From: Octopus vulgaris
Lineage: Eukaryota
Assembly: GCA_951406725.2 (NCBI GenBank)
Contig: OX597827.1
Coordinates: 55,304,001 to 55,368,000 of the forward strand
DNA length: 64,000 bases
Direction: 5' to 3'
Numbering within the stretch: position 1 is the stretch's first letter; each line of letters opens with the position of its first letter. Under the pieces are notes generated by a model, which was not told where the DNA came from, did not search any database, and was given only the letters and a program-made list of their open reading frames with translations. The translations under genes and the position numbers were made by a program. Below are positions 49,001 through 61,800 of the stretch, piece by piece.

Positions 49001-49815
49001 TGTTGTTTATCATCATCATCATCGTTTAACGTCCGTTTTCCATGCTAGCATGGGTTGGACGGTTCAACTGGGGTCTGGGAAGCCAGTAGGCTGTGCCAGG
49101 CCCAGTCTGATCTGGCAGTGTTTCTACAGCTGGATGCCCTTCCTAACGCCAACCACTCCGTGAGTGTAGTGGGTGCTTTTTACGTGCCAACTGCACAGGT
49201 GCCAGATGAGGCTGGCAAACGGCCACGATCGGATGGTGCTTTTTACGTGCCACCGGCACAGGAATCACATGGGACTCAAAAGTAATTTTTTTTCAACATA
49301 ATTATAATTAAATCATTAAAATGTATGAGGAAACAACATCAGTATGTTTTTTTTTTCCCATTAAATTCTGATATAATCTACACCATCTGAAACATATTTG
49401 TAGAATATTTCATCAACAAATATTAATTTCTCAGAAAGTTATGAGGAGACAAAATTGGTGGGACATATTTCTGTAGTTATACGTTCGATGACAAATGACT
49501 GAGATTTCTAGGGATTTGCAGTGCTTGAGAATACACATCAAGCAGAGTGAAATTGTGGTTATGAGCAGTGCCAATGATATGTAAAAGGCACCTGTGTTGG
49601 TGACAAGTAAAAGGCATCTATGCTGTGACACGTAAAAAGCATCCATGCCAGTGACACATAAGAGACACCAAGTACACTCTGTAAAATGGTTGGCATTATG
49701 ATGGGCATCCAGCCATAGAAACCAAGCCAAAACAGACAACTGGAACCTGGTGCAACTCTGGCTTACCAGCAATGGTCAAACTACCTAACATGCCAGCATG
49801 GAAAACAGATGTTAA

Positions 49816-49871
<56 letters not shown>

Positions 49872-52800
49872 GACACCTTTCATTTATTTACTGAGCAAGT
49901 GAGTACTATTAAATGATACAAATTAAAATTAAACAAAACATCAACAAAATTACACAAATTTGAAATCAAATGAATATCATTTAGCAACTAGCACAAAACT
50001 GCCCAGAAGGAAGTCTTTCTGCAAGGATTTAATAATGAGTTAAAAAACAAAATTCTGAACAACAAAAACATAAAATAATGAAAACCAAAATAGAAAAATT
50101 TATTTTTTAATCATTTATTAAAGGCTTTTCCATGCCTTAATCCCCTGCTTAAATATCAGATTAGACACTCAAGCAAGTAAACAGGACATCTAACTTTTTA
50201 ACAACTGGACGTTTTTGATGGGGGATGCTAGACAATGATTAACTCTAAAACTCAATAAAACATGAAAACACTTGTTATTAAACATGCCAAAGATCCCAAC
50301 ATTGACATCAAGATACAGGATGAGATTCTGCAACAGCTTGGGTTTCAAGGGTCCACAGCTTTTCAATATCCTCCCAAAAACCTGAAAGTCCTACAAGGGG
50401 TGGATGTAGGTGTCTTCAAAACAAAACCGGATCTTCTGCTGTCAAGAGTTCTGGATGAACCTACCTCGCAGGAAGAAATGTAAATGAAGGCAGTAACATC
50501 AAACTCCCTCATTCACCACATGCCACATATCAGAGGAGGTTTCAAGTAGTGAGAGTGTAGCAAAGATAACAGCAGTGCCCCAGCATGGTCAAAGCTCTCT
50601 GGTTGAAGCTAGTAAAGAAAAAAATACAAGCACCAATTTGAAATATAAACAATTAACAAACCCACAGATGAAACTGGCACCACATATCTATCACTTGCCA
50701 AGCGACAGATAGTTACATGGTTTGCGTACTATTGGTGGGCCTGCTGCTTTTTTTAGTTTCAAATTGTTGTTTTATAATGTCGTATATCATTTGCATTAAA
50801 ATCTTTGCAGTTAATTAATAATGAAACTCTTGGCCTATATCTTAAGAAGAAAACAAAAAGCTATAGTAGAGAGTAGAATTCAAACATACCTCTCTTTTCA
50901 TACTTTGATGTAAACTTTTCACAAGTCTGCCTAAAAAAAAAAGAGATAAATTGAAAAAAGGCTTTAATAAAGATATATCAATACCATTAAAAACCCAGCT
51001 TCTTAAACCCCAATTATAAAGACAGAGTTTAAAAAAATTAAGAAACACATACTATTTTCTATTGTACAGACAATAAAGTAAATTTTGAACTGCTGGTGAC
51101 TTTTTGTTCATCTTATAAGGGTAAAAATAGCCAATCTTTCTGCTGTTTCCACAGCTATACTGCATTTGAAATTTACTTTCTTGTCTGTAAAATACCAAAC
51201 AACTTGACACTTTCAGAGTTTGTTTATAAAATGTTGTTATACTATTTTCTTTCATATCATTTATCAGCTTTAATGAAGTTCATACTTTATGTAGTGGCAT
51301 TCTTAATTTGTTTCACAAGTCCTGTTCACATGTCATTCAGTTTCGTCTGACATAACTAGATCTTTCATCATAACTACAATGCAGAACAATAATAACTGCC
51401 CCTTCATTGCCAAAAAAAGGTGATGGAATAATCTTCACAGTAATCTTCACAGTGAACAGACAGGTCTGTTGTATATGATGGTCTTCCTTTGATATAACAA
51501 AGCAACTAACTGCAGATACTGATGGCTTTGACATTCCTTCAGTATATCAGTATACTAGCAGTATCACCCAGTGTTGCTCGGGTTTGTTTTGACCCTTTAG
51601 AATTGGAAGTTTTGAAAAGTAAAACTTTTGCATTATGTAGCTTGTTATTCTCTTTCAGTGAACATTTTTCTGGTTGAAATACACCAAAAAATGGCGACAC
51701 AGCAGTAAAATAAATCGTAAAAAATTGGAATTTTCATAGCAAAAAAGCACCTTTTTGATGTAAATAATTTTTGGTGTTAACATGGTCCGATTTGAATTTT
51801 TTTCTTTTACGGAAGGATGAGCAAGCCTTCTATCATACTCTCAATTTTGGTCAACTTGCGCCGCAGAGTCTCGGAGGAGATAGTGTTAGTTGAAGGCTAC
51901 CAAACCTGCCATACACAGACAACTTCAGCTTTATATATAGAGAGAAGAGATTAGAAGAGTCTTACTGACAACAACAATGTGTCTATGAGGCTTAGTCTGA
52001 ATTGATAATAACTCTTGGTAGTACTGCCAAACCAAGAACTCTTGTAATTATCCATAATTCCAAACCTGGAAATCATCCAGGAAAAAATATTCTGCACACC
52101 CTTCTCAGAATATTGATTTCAAATTATGGCAAATGGCCAGCAATTTAGGAGAAGGGTGTAAGTCAATTACTAAGTATTAACTAGGTTTGACGTTGCTTAA
52201 CTTCAATGATTGGATGAGAACCAATGCATTCAATGTGATATAGTTGTAAGCCATCCTTCTTAGAATATTCCCAAGGATCTTGTTGCTCATAGATTTCAGT
52301 CAACTATAAAATACAAAAGTTGACATTCCACTGACTGAATTACCCAACTGATAGAGAGTATAAATACATGGCAACACTGTTGATGCCAAGAACCTATCCC
52401 CAGATCAATGCTTGACAAAGAATTGTAGCTCAGTTAAAGAGAGATGAGTTATGAGGACACATGCTTGACAAACAATAGCCACCACCACATTTCCTTCAAG
52501 AAATCTCTGCATGAGCTTCAGCATTTTGAGACAATGTTTAGATGGGTGTGAGTAACAGGTGGAGTTTTATCTAATCAAAGAAACCTTCCTTTTCTATGAG
52601 GCATAGAACAGATATTGATTTCAAATTTGACACAAGGCCAGTAATTTCGAGGGAGTGTGTAAGTCATTACATTGACCCCCACTGTTTAACTGATATTTAT
52701 CTAATCAACTCTGGAAGGATGAAAGGCAAAGTCAACCTCAGCAGAATTTGAACTCATAACATGAAGACATGAAATGCTGCTAAGCATTCTGTCTAGCATG

Positions 52801-55800
52801 CTAATAATTCTGCTAGCTCACCACCTTTTTGGAAGAACAGATATTAAAATCAAATCTAATCAGACTTTCTCAGATCAGGAGGTAGTATATCACCAAAGTG
52901 ATGTGAACATCAACCAACTCTTCCCAAGCCTCTCAGGGATATCTTTTTCTCAGCTAATTTCTGGACTTTCTAACCAAAGAAACTTGTCTTTCCACAAGAC
53001 ATTCAAGAACAGATGTTAAAATCTAGTCAAAAATTCCTAGCTCTGATACTAATATATACCAAAGTAAAGTTGGCATTGACCAACTCTATTAAACGTTTTA
53101 AGGATATCTTCTTGTTAGGTTATTTCTAAGTAAGATTGGCCATGCTATGCATCAATTCATCCCAGTTCTTATCCACTTGGAGATCTACATGAAATCAGAT
53201 GGGGTATGTTAACCTTTTAGCATTCAAATTGTTCTGTCAAATATAATGCTTGTTTAATTATGTTGTTTTGAATTTATCATGCATTATGCTATAGCTTTGA
53301 TATCTTGAAGATGTGATTGATTATTTTTAGAATGACATTCTAGGGGAGGTGAGAGAAGCCAGATCCAGCAAGTTTCAACATGAAACAGGTAGAATATTTG
53401 GCCAGATACAGCCACTTTAAACGCTAATGGGTTAAAGGTTCCCTCGGTCCAACAACAAATATTGACCAGTTTGGACTTGCTTCTCAGGATACCATATTTC
53501 AAGTCAACTAACTTTTCCTACTTAATATGTACTCTTATTACCAACTCATTCTTACAATTTGGTGCAGATCACTCTGATATCAAAGACAATAATGCTAATA
53601 ATTGGCAGGCTGGTTTCAATTCCAATTTCCAGCATGTGGTTAAGTATATGGTTCCTAGCTCAACAGAAAAGTATCTTCTGTGATTGTCACAGCATCTTGT
53701 GAGTGGATTTCTGGTAGGCATAAGTGGATGTGTGTGGACGTTTATATGAGTGTATACTTGTGTGTTGAGTCACACCTCTTTACATCAAAAAGGTAATTCA
53801 AGAAACTAGGATCAATAATGTACCATAATGAAATAAGTATTAAGGTTATTATAATCAACTAAAATATTTAACAATGGTACCCCAATACCACCTTAAAATA
53901 TTTTAGTTAAATATATACCAAACTTCAAATGAAACTAATAAAAGGAGATAGAACATCTGGAGATGGTTCCATTCATAAATTAATAAAATTCAGAGATAAA
54001 AAAAAGAAACTCAAAATTATAGATTATCCATTGGTTATACAGTAAACATTAATTTTAACCAAAATACTAACCTCAAAACAATGAAAAGGGGGGAAAAAAA
54101 AATCACTCACTGTTTTGTTGTCAACCTTTCTCTGTGCTTCCTGTAACAAGATATTTTGCCCGTAGAAGCACTCAAACAATGAGAGGCTTCCAATTTAGGA
54201 GTAGATTTATCATTTGGGAAAACAGAATCACAAACAGATGTAGGAGTCTTGAAATGACAACTGTTGTATAAAATTCCAACGGGTCTCCTGTTCTCTTTAG
54301 AAGAATCACAATTCTTGCACTGAAAATTAAGGCAAAACATCCTTACATTCATTACAACAGCAATGATAAAAGTATCAAAATGCTCTTAAAAATAAATTGC
54401 CATACAGGTGTGGTTGTGTGGTAAGAAGCTTGCTTCCCTGCCATAAGGTTTCACTCTATGCTTTGAAAGGCTTGTAGAATAAAAAGTCCTTTACTTGATA
54501 AACAAGTAAGAGTTAGTAACAGAAAGAGCATCCAAGTTATAGATCCTGTCCCAAATAATTCCCCTTCCAGCCCATGCTGGCATGGAAAAAGAAACATTTA
54601 TAAACAAAGACTAGCTTATTACAGCACTGACACTGAAACACTAAAGTGAGATGGCTTTATGGAGGGTAGAACACATGATCCACCTATCAGAGTCATTATG
54701 ATCATAAGAAAGAAAAACAATGACATTTAGCACCCTATAATCATTTGAAACCACCAACACTTTTTATAAGATATAACACATCTTTTACTTCCTTAAAATC
54801 TAAAGTATCCTATTCCATATCTATTCCCATCTACCCATCTTCTCTACCCACTATTCCTGGAAGAGTTATGGGAATAGAGTTCTCAGATACCTCCTCCATG
54901 GGGTTCTATCAGAAACAACCACCATCAGATTTTCCAGCTGGATTCCTGAATATGTCAAATTAAGGTGGTTATTATCCAACCATCTCATTCTTGGTCTACC
55001 CCTAGGTATCCTTGGCTTCAAGAATGTCTTGAGATTCTTCCTTCTGCCATTCTAGTCACAGTACTGGAGTTCTAAATCAGACAAAGAAATCATCCTATCA
55101 TCACCATCGTCATTATTTAAGGTCTATTTTCCATGTTGGAATGGGTCGAATGCATTGACAGGATCTGGTAAGCAGCAGAGCAGCACCATGCCCCAGTGTC
55201 AGTATCAACATGTTTTGTTTTCTATGATTGGATGCCCTTCCTAACACTAACCACCTTACAATGTGTAATGGGAACAGCTCAACCTGGAGAAACTCCCTGA
55301 TCTCTGAGCTATGCACCCTGTTGAATAATGTTACTCCAGAAATTCTTCAGAAGAACACCATATTCAATTTCTTAATGTAAATTTATTTACAAGAAAATTC
55401 TAAATTTAAATATTTTCCATATTAGGAATTGTACCCAGATTACCTGAGTGTAATCCTAACGGTTACTCACTAATGGAAATAAATTCACACTAAAATTAAG
55501 CAAAAGAAAAAAAAAATCTTCTGTACCTGCTGTTTATCACAATCAGACAGATCACTGTCTCGGCGACGTGAAGACATGGCAATACTATCCTTACTAGATT
55601 CATAACTAGAAAATAAGAGAAAAATACATTAATAGGTGCAGGTGTGGTGGTGTGATAACAAGCTTTCTTCCCAACCACATGGTTCTGGGTTCAGTCCCAC
55701 TGTGTGGCACCTAGGGCATGTGTCTTCTCCTATAGCCTCAGGCCAACCAAAGCCTTTTCAGTGGATTTGATAGATGGAAACTGAAAGAAACCCATCATAT

Positions 55801-58800
55801 GTGTGTGTCTGTCCTCCTATCTTTGCTTGACAACCGGTGTTTGTGTGTTTACATCCCTGTAACTTAGTGGTTCAGCAAAAGAGACCAATAGCATAAGTAC
55901 TAGGTTTAAGAAATATGTCCTGGGCCAATTCATTTGACTAAAAAAAAAACCCTTCAAGGCAATGTTCTAGCATGGCTGCAGTCAACTGAAACAAATAAAA
56001 GAGTAATTAATACAAGAGTAACATAAACTGAAGGGAATACATTAATATCCAACCACAGGGTTTGGGGTTCAGTCCCATTGCATGGCAAGTATCTTCTGCT
56101 ATAGTCCGAAGTCAACTAAATCCTAGATTTCATAGATGGAACCTAAAAGAAACCATCATTATCATTGTTTAACATCTGCTTTCCATGCTGGCATGGGTTG
56201 GACGATAAACTGAGGACTGGTGAACCAGATGGCCGCACCAGGCTCCAATCTGATCTGGCAGAGTTTCTACAACTGGATGCCCTTCTTAATGCCAACCACT
56301 CCGAGTGTGTAGTGGGTGCTTTTATGTGCCACTGGCACGAGGGTCAGTCAGGGGGTACTGGCAACGGCCACGCTCAAATGGCGTTTATTACGTGCCACTT
56401 GCACGGGAGCCAGTCCAGTGGCACTGGCAACGACCTTCCTCAAATATTTTTTCCCGTTCCACTGGCTCAAATGCCAGTGAGGTTACGCTGGTAACGATCA
56501 TGCTCGAATGGTGCATTTTACATGCCACTGGCACAGAAGCCAGTCAGCTGCACTGGCAATGATCACGCTTGAATGGTGCTCTTAGCACTCTACTAGCATG
56601 GATGCCAGTCATCAATTCCAATTGCCTCAACAGGTCTTCACAAGCAGAGTTTAGAGTCCAATGAAGGAAAGGTATGCATAAGTGGGCTGGTTACACCCCT
56701 GGCATAGGCCAGGAGGTTATGGTCTCACTTGACTTGCCGAGTCTTCTCAAGCATAGCATATTTCCAAAGATCTCGGTCACTAGTCACTGCCTTGGTGAGG
56801 CCTAATGTTCGAAGGTCGACCTTCACCACCTCATCCCAGGTCTTTCTGGGTCTGCCTCTTCCACAGGTTCCCTCAACCACATGGGTGTGGCACTTTCACA
56901 CAGCTATCCTCATCCATTCTCACCACATGACCATACCAGTGCAGTCATCTCTCTTGCACACCACATCTGATGCTTCTTAGGTCCAACTTTTCTCTCAAGG
57001 TACTTACACTCTGTCGAGTATGCACACTGACATTACACATCCAGTGGAGCATACTGGCTTCATTCCTTGCAAGCTTATGCATGTCCTCAGCAGTCACAGC
57101 CCATGCTTCACTGCCATGTAACATGGATATTCGTACACATGCATCATACAGTCTACCTTTTACTCTGAGCTAGAGGCCCTTTGTCACCATCAGAGGTAAG
57201 AGCTCTCTGAACTTTGCCCAGGCTATTCTTATTCTAGTAGCTACACTTTCAGTGCACCCACCCCCGCTACTGATTTGGTCACCTAGGTAATAGAAGCTAT
57301 CAACTACTTCTAGTTTTTCTCCCAGGAATGTGGCAGTTGTTGTTCTATGCATGTGCATGTGTTATTGTCCCCTTGCCTTGATACTGCATGATACTTGTAA
57401 GCAAGTGTCACCATCATACAGTGTCCTTTATTTCTAGTCTTCCACAAAAATATAAAAAGCAAAAAAATACTATAAGTTCTAAATCAGACATGGAAATCAT
57501 TGTATCATCACCATCTTCATTATTTAAGGTCTATTTTCCATGTTGGAATGGATTGAATGCAGAGCTGCACCATGCTCAAGTGTCAGTATCAGCATATTTT
57601 GTTTTCTATGATTGGATGCCCTTCCTAACAATGTGTAATGGTTTTTTTGTTTTGTTTTTTTTGTCACAAGCACTACCATCATCTTATTTAAATAAGTGAG
57701 TAATTTCTGAATTACCAAAATAAATTGATGTAACAAATCATATGTCTGTTTTCCATGGTGGTATTGTATAGATTTATTCAAATGTTACAGAGTTAAACAA
57801 CTGAAATGATTTGGAAGAAAACACACATGTTTGTGTTGTAGACAACAGTGTGTTTACATGGAATATATTTTGTCCAGTCCTTAGAGCAGTCTGCCACTAA
57901 ATATGTGAAAGGAAAAGTTTTAAAGGGTCCCGGGCTCACATGAAAGAAGTTTGTGTATGTGTGTTAAATATGTAAGTTATATTATTATGATTTAATATAA
58001 AAAGATGTCTACATCTCTTAATAACTCAAGCATGCTGAGAGTCACTATGATATTCAGGACTGTGAGAAAAAGCAGCCAAATCTCACACAAATTACAAACC
58101 ATCATCTTGAAAGGAACAAGACACATTAGCCCTTTTGATAGCAAGCTGCCTGAAACTGTCCCTGGTTCTATGATACAAACTCTGTTTTAAAGTGACCTTA
58201 AAACCTTCCAGCAAAATTTCCCAGTAATTTTTATTTCAGATTCCAGCTTAATAATAGCAAAACTATTTTCACAAATTAGTTATTTTCAAAATTAACTGAA
58301 ATAAAAACTGGTTATAAAAGGGTTAAAGATGATTTTAAATGCTACTAAAGAAAGATCAGAGGGTCAAATCTAAACAACAAAACAACTTAGGAAGATTCAT
58401 GAGTATTGAGTTCATTTTTTGCTACAAGCCTCAGATTATGTATCTGGGCAAACTCATTTGATTCTGCTTGCTATATAGTTCTCTTCAGTGGAGATATCTG
58501 CAGTGATTTCATGCAAAATTACCTCATTCACTATCATTTTATCTGTAAAGTTTTTCTTTTTTTTGTAAACTACTTAATATTACAGAAAGTAGATTGAACA
58601 AACACCAATATTAAGAAATCATTAGCATATTTTCCTTTAATTCAATAATTTTATTTAGCTCAATTAGTTTAATGCATTTTAAAAAAAAATCCAAACCCTA
58701 CCTGTTCTGAGAGAAAAGCGCTCCAGTTGCAATTTTATGGCGAATTTCATATGCTTTTGTTGGCACTATTGTATGTCTTCTATTATAATTGGAGCCGCTT

Positions 58801-61800
58801 GAAAGAAGAGAATCTCTATTTGAAGGGCCAATAGTTTCACGCCGATCATACAAAGTAGAACCAAAGGATTGGTCCTTGTCCAAAGTTCCTTGAAAAAGAT
58901 AAAATGAAAAGGTGTTTTACATGTGTGTGTGTGTGTGTTTATCACCATCACTTGACAAGGCAGTTGTATTTTCTATATTGTAAACAACCATCATAATAAA
59001 CATATAGGTAAATGGGGCCATCTCAACAAGCAATTAATACTGTTGTTCTTCATTCATTTATCATCATCATCGTGTAACGTCTTTCTCCATGCTAGCATGG
59101 GTTGGACGGTTCGACCGGGATCTGGGAAGCCAGAAGACTGCACCAGGCTCACATTGATTTTTATACTTGGTAAACTTCTGAATCAAGAACAATATGACTT
59201 CTCTACTAAATGCTGCAAATATTGTCAAACATAACCATTACCAATTAGTGACCTCTAAGGTTTTGCTACATATACCTATCCCTACTGAAACGTGGAAGTT
59301 CTATTACAACTATACTGTGGTAGACGTTCTGTTAGAACAAACTATACTGTGGTAGATACCATGAGAGAAATTCTCATACTGGCTTTTGGTGCAAAATGCA
59401 CTCTTGTTTATATCGCTAGCAGGGAGATAAATCTCTGCCATCTCCATCACTGAGACCACCAGATCATGTGATTTCAACCATTCTTGGTCTTAGCAATGAT
59501 GGATGCTCTAAGAGAACTTCCACAATTAAGGGATGATAAATATTACCTCTTGGTATTGACACTGTCTATGCTGCTTTTATGTATGTGTGTGTGTGTGTAC
59601 ACATATGTACACACATGGTAAGGCCTTGTGAGTCGTATTGGTAGACAGAAGCTGTGTGGAAGCAAATCATATACCCTTATCGTCATCATTTTATATTTAC
59701 TTCCTAAGCTGATATGGGTTGGATAGGTTGACAGGATCCAACAGGTCAGAGGGTCATGTCTTGTTCCAATGTCTGTTTCAACATGATTTCTATGACTGAA
59801 AAGCAGACAGAATGATAGTGGTGATGATATATACACAATAAAATAAACAATACAAGCATAAATATGTGAACATATGGTCTTGCACATCACCATCATCAAT
59901 TAACATCTATTTTTCCATGCTAGCATGGGTTGGATGGTTTGACAGGAACTAGCAAGCCAGAAGACTGCACAGGGCTCGACTGTTTTGGTATGGTTTTTAC
60001 AACTGGATGCCCTTCCAAATGCCAACCACCTTACAGAGTGGCCTGGGTGCTTTTTACATGACACTAGCATCGATGAGGTTTACTTTGGCATGGTTTTTAC
60101 AGATGGATGCCTTTCAAAATGCCAACCACTTTACAGTGTGGACTAGATGTTTTTTTACATGGCAGCAGGGTCACCAAATAACTTGCAAGACAAAGATCCT
60201 TTGAGGTGGGGTAACGGGGGGGAAGTGTTCTTGTGCTAGGTAATGAGAGGTTAGAGTGTGATAGCCAAAATAGACAGAAAGACAAATGCATTTAATCAGA
60301 CAAATTTTAATAAAAAATTTGAAATGCAAAACAGAAATTTACAGACGAATTCTAAAGATCATAATTGTAATGTAGTTTCATCATGTTAGGGTCTTTCAAG
60401 TAACAAGTCGACATCTACTTCAGACAAAAAAACATGTTATCCACAACAAACATCAGTTAATTTTCAATTTTTTTACAAAATTAAGATCCATATATGTAAC
60501 TATATCTTTTGTCAGTACATTGTACAAAACAATACATACGTTTATGTGGAATAACTCCATGGCTGTGGCGTCTATCCTTATATTCCTTTGAATCCACTAA
60601 TGCTTGCACCAAATGCATTCTGCAGATAGATACAAGACAGGTGAAAATAAATACATGTAGCCAATGAATATGATTTACTTTAAAAGGTTAGCATTGTCTT
60701 AGTGAGTTGAAATAATCACATTTGCTATGTACCAACATACTTATGAGCCATATTCTGCAATAGTCTTAGTAACTACACTCTTCCACTACATTAGAGTAGA
60801 AGTTTGTCTTGAACGAAAAAAATTTTGCTCACAGAGCAGCTAATTTTGAGAATGAGGAGGGCAACCAACCCCCAATGCTTGCTTGGAATTTTATTTTATA
60901 AATCCAGAAGAATGAAAAGCAAAGCTGACCAATAGGAAATGAACTCAAAATGCAAACGGCCAGAATAAATACCCAAGGCATTTGTCCAACTTCAGTTGAT
61001 TCAGCCAATAATACAGAATATCTTGATCTCAAGCATCTCCACTTCCTATGAAGTATACGCCATCAATAACTTTTCTCCATTGTTCTTGACTCTGAATTGT
61101 CTTTTCTACTTCTGACCAGTTGGATCCCTGCTTTTTCAGCTGTCTCAGTATCCCACTTCCAACTATTTTTAAGGCATCCTCTCTCCTGCCTCCTTTGTGG
61201 GTTCCAGGTCAGAGCCAGACATGTAATGCAGGATGTTGGTTTCATTAAAGTATGGCATATCCATCCCCACTTGCATTGCAAGATCTGTTCTTCCATTGGT
61301 GCCTAACTGTACCCTCTGCCAAAGCAAATAGCCAAATGAGAAATAAGTGAAGAATATAGTATTTCTAATAGTCTTAGAATTCCAGTATTCATAAATAAAA
61401 GAATTTGCACCTTTACAAGGGTCGTATTCGTTTACTACATGTTGTTTTACACCTATTGCACTATTGTTTTTTTTTTTTTTTTGTGACCGGGTGTTAACGT
61501 TGAGTTTTCAGATCCTGTGAGATTAATCGTGTGACTTTTCCGAGTCTTCTCCCCCGCCCCCGCGATTGCCAGCGCGCATTTTTTTTATATTTGTTTACTA
61601 CATGTTATTTTACACCTATTGCAATTGGCGATCTTTCGTTTGTAGTAGCACGTTTCCGTCGATGATTTCCGTAAAAAACTTTTATTTTTTTACATATGGG
61701 CTTGCGGGAACATTTGAAGTAATGAGAGCAAAAGAGACTAAGAGGAAACGATTTTATGACGAGGGAATTTCTTTTGAAGTTACCGAAGCATTGATGTACG

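Noticed and set aside
51052-51540. Short minus-strand ORFs resembling coding sequence
   Set aside because: Multiple stops, no splice-compatible boundaries and no recognisable motif; probably an old repeat relic.
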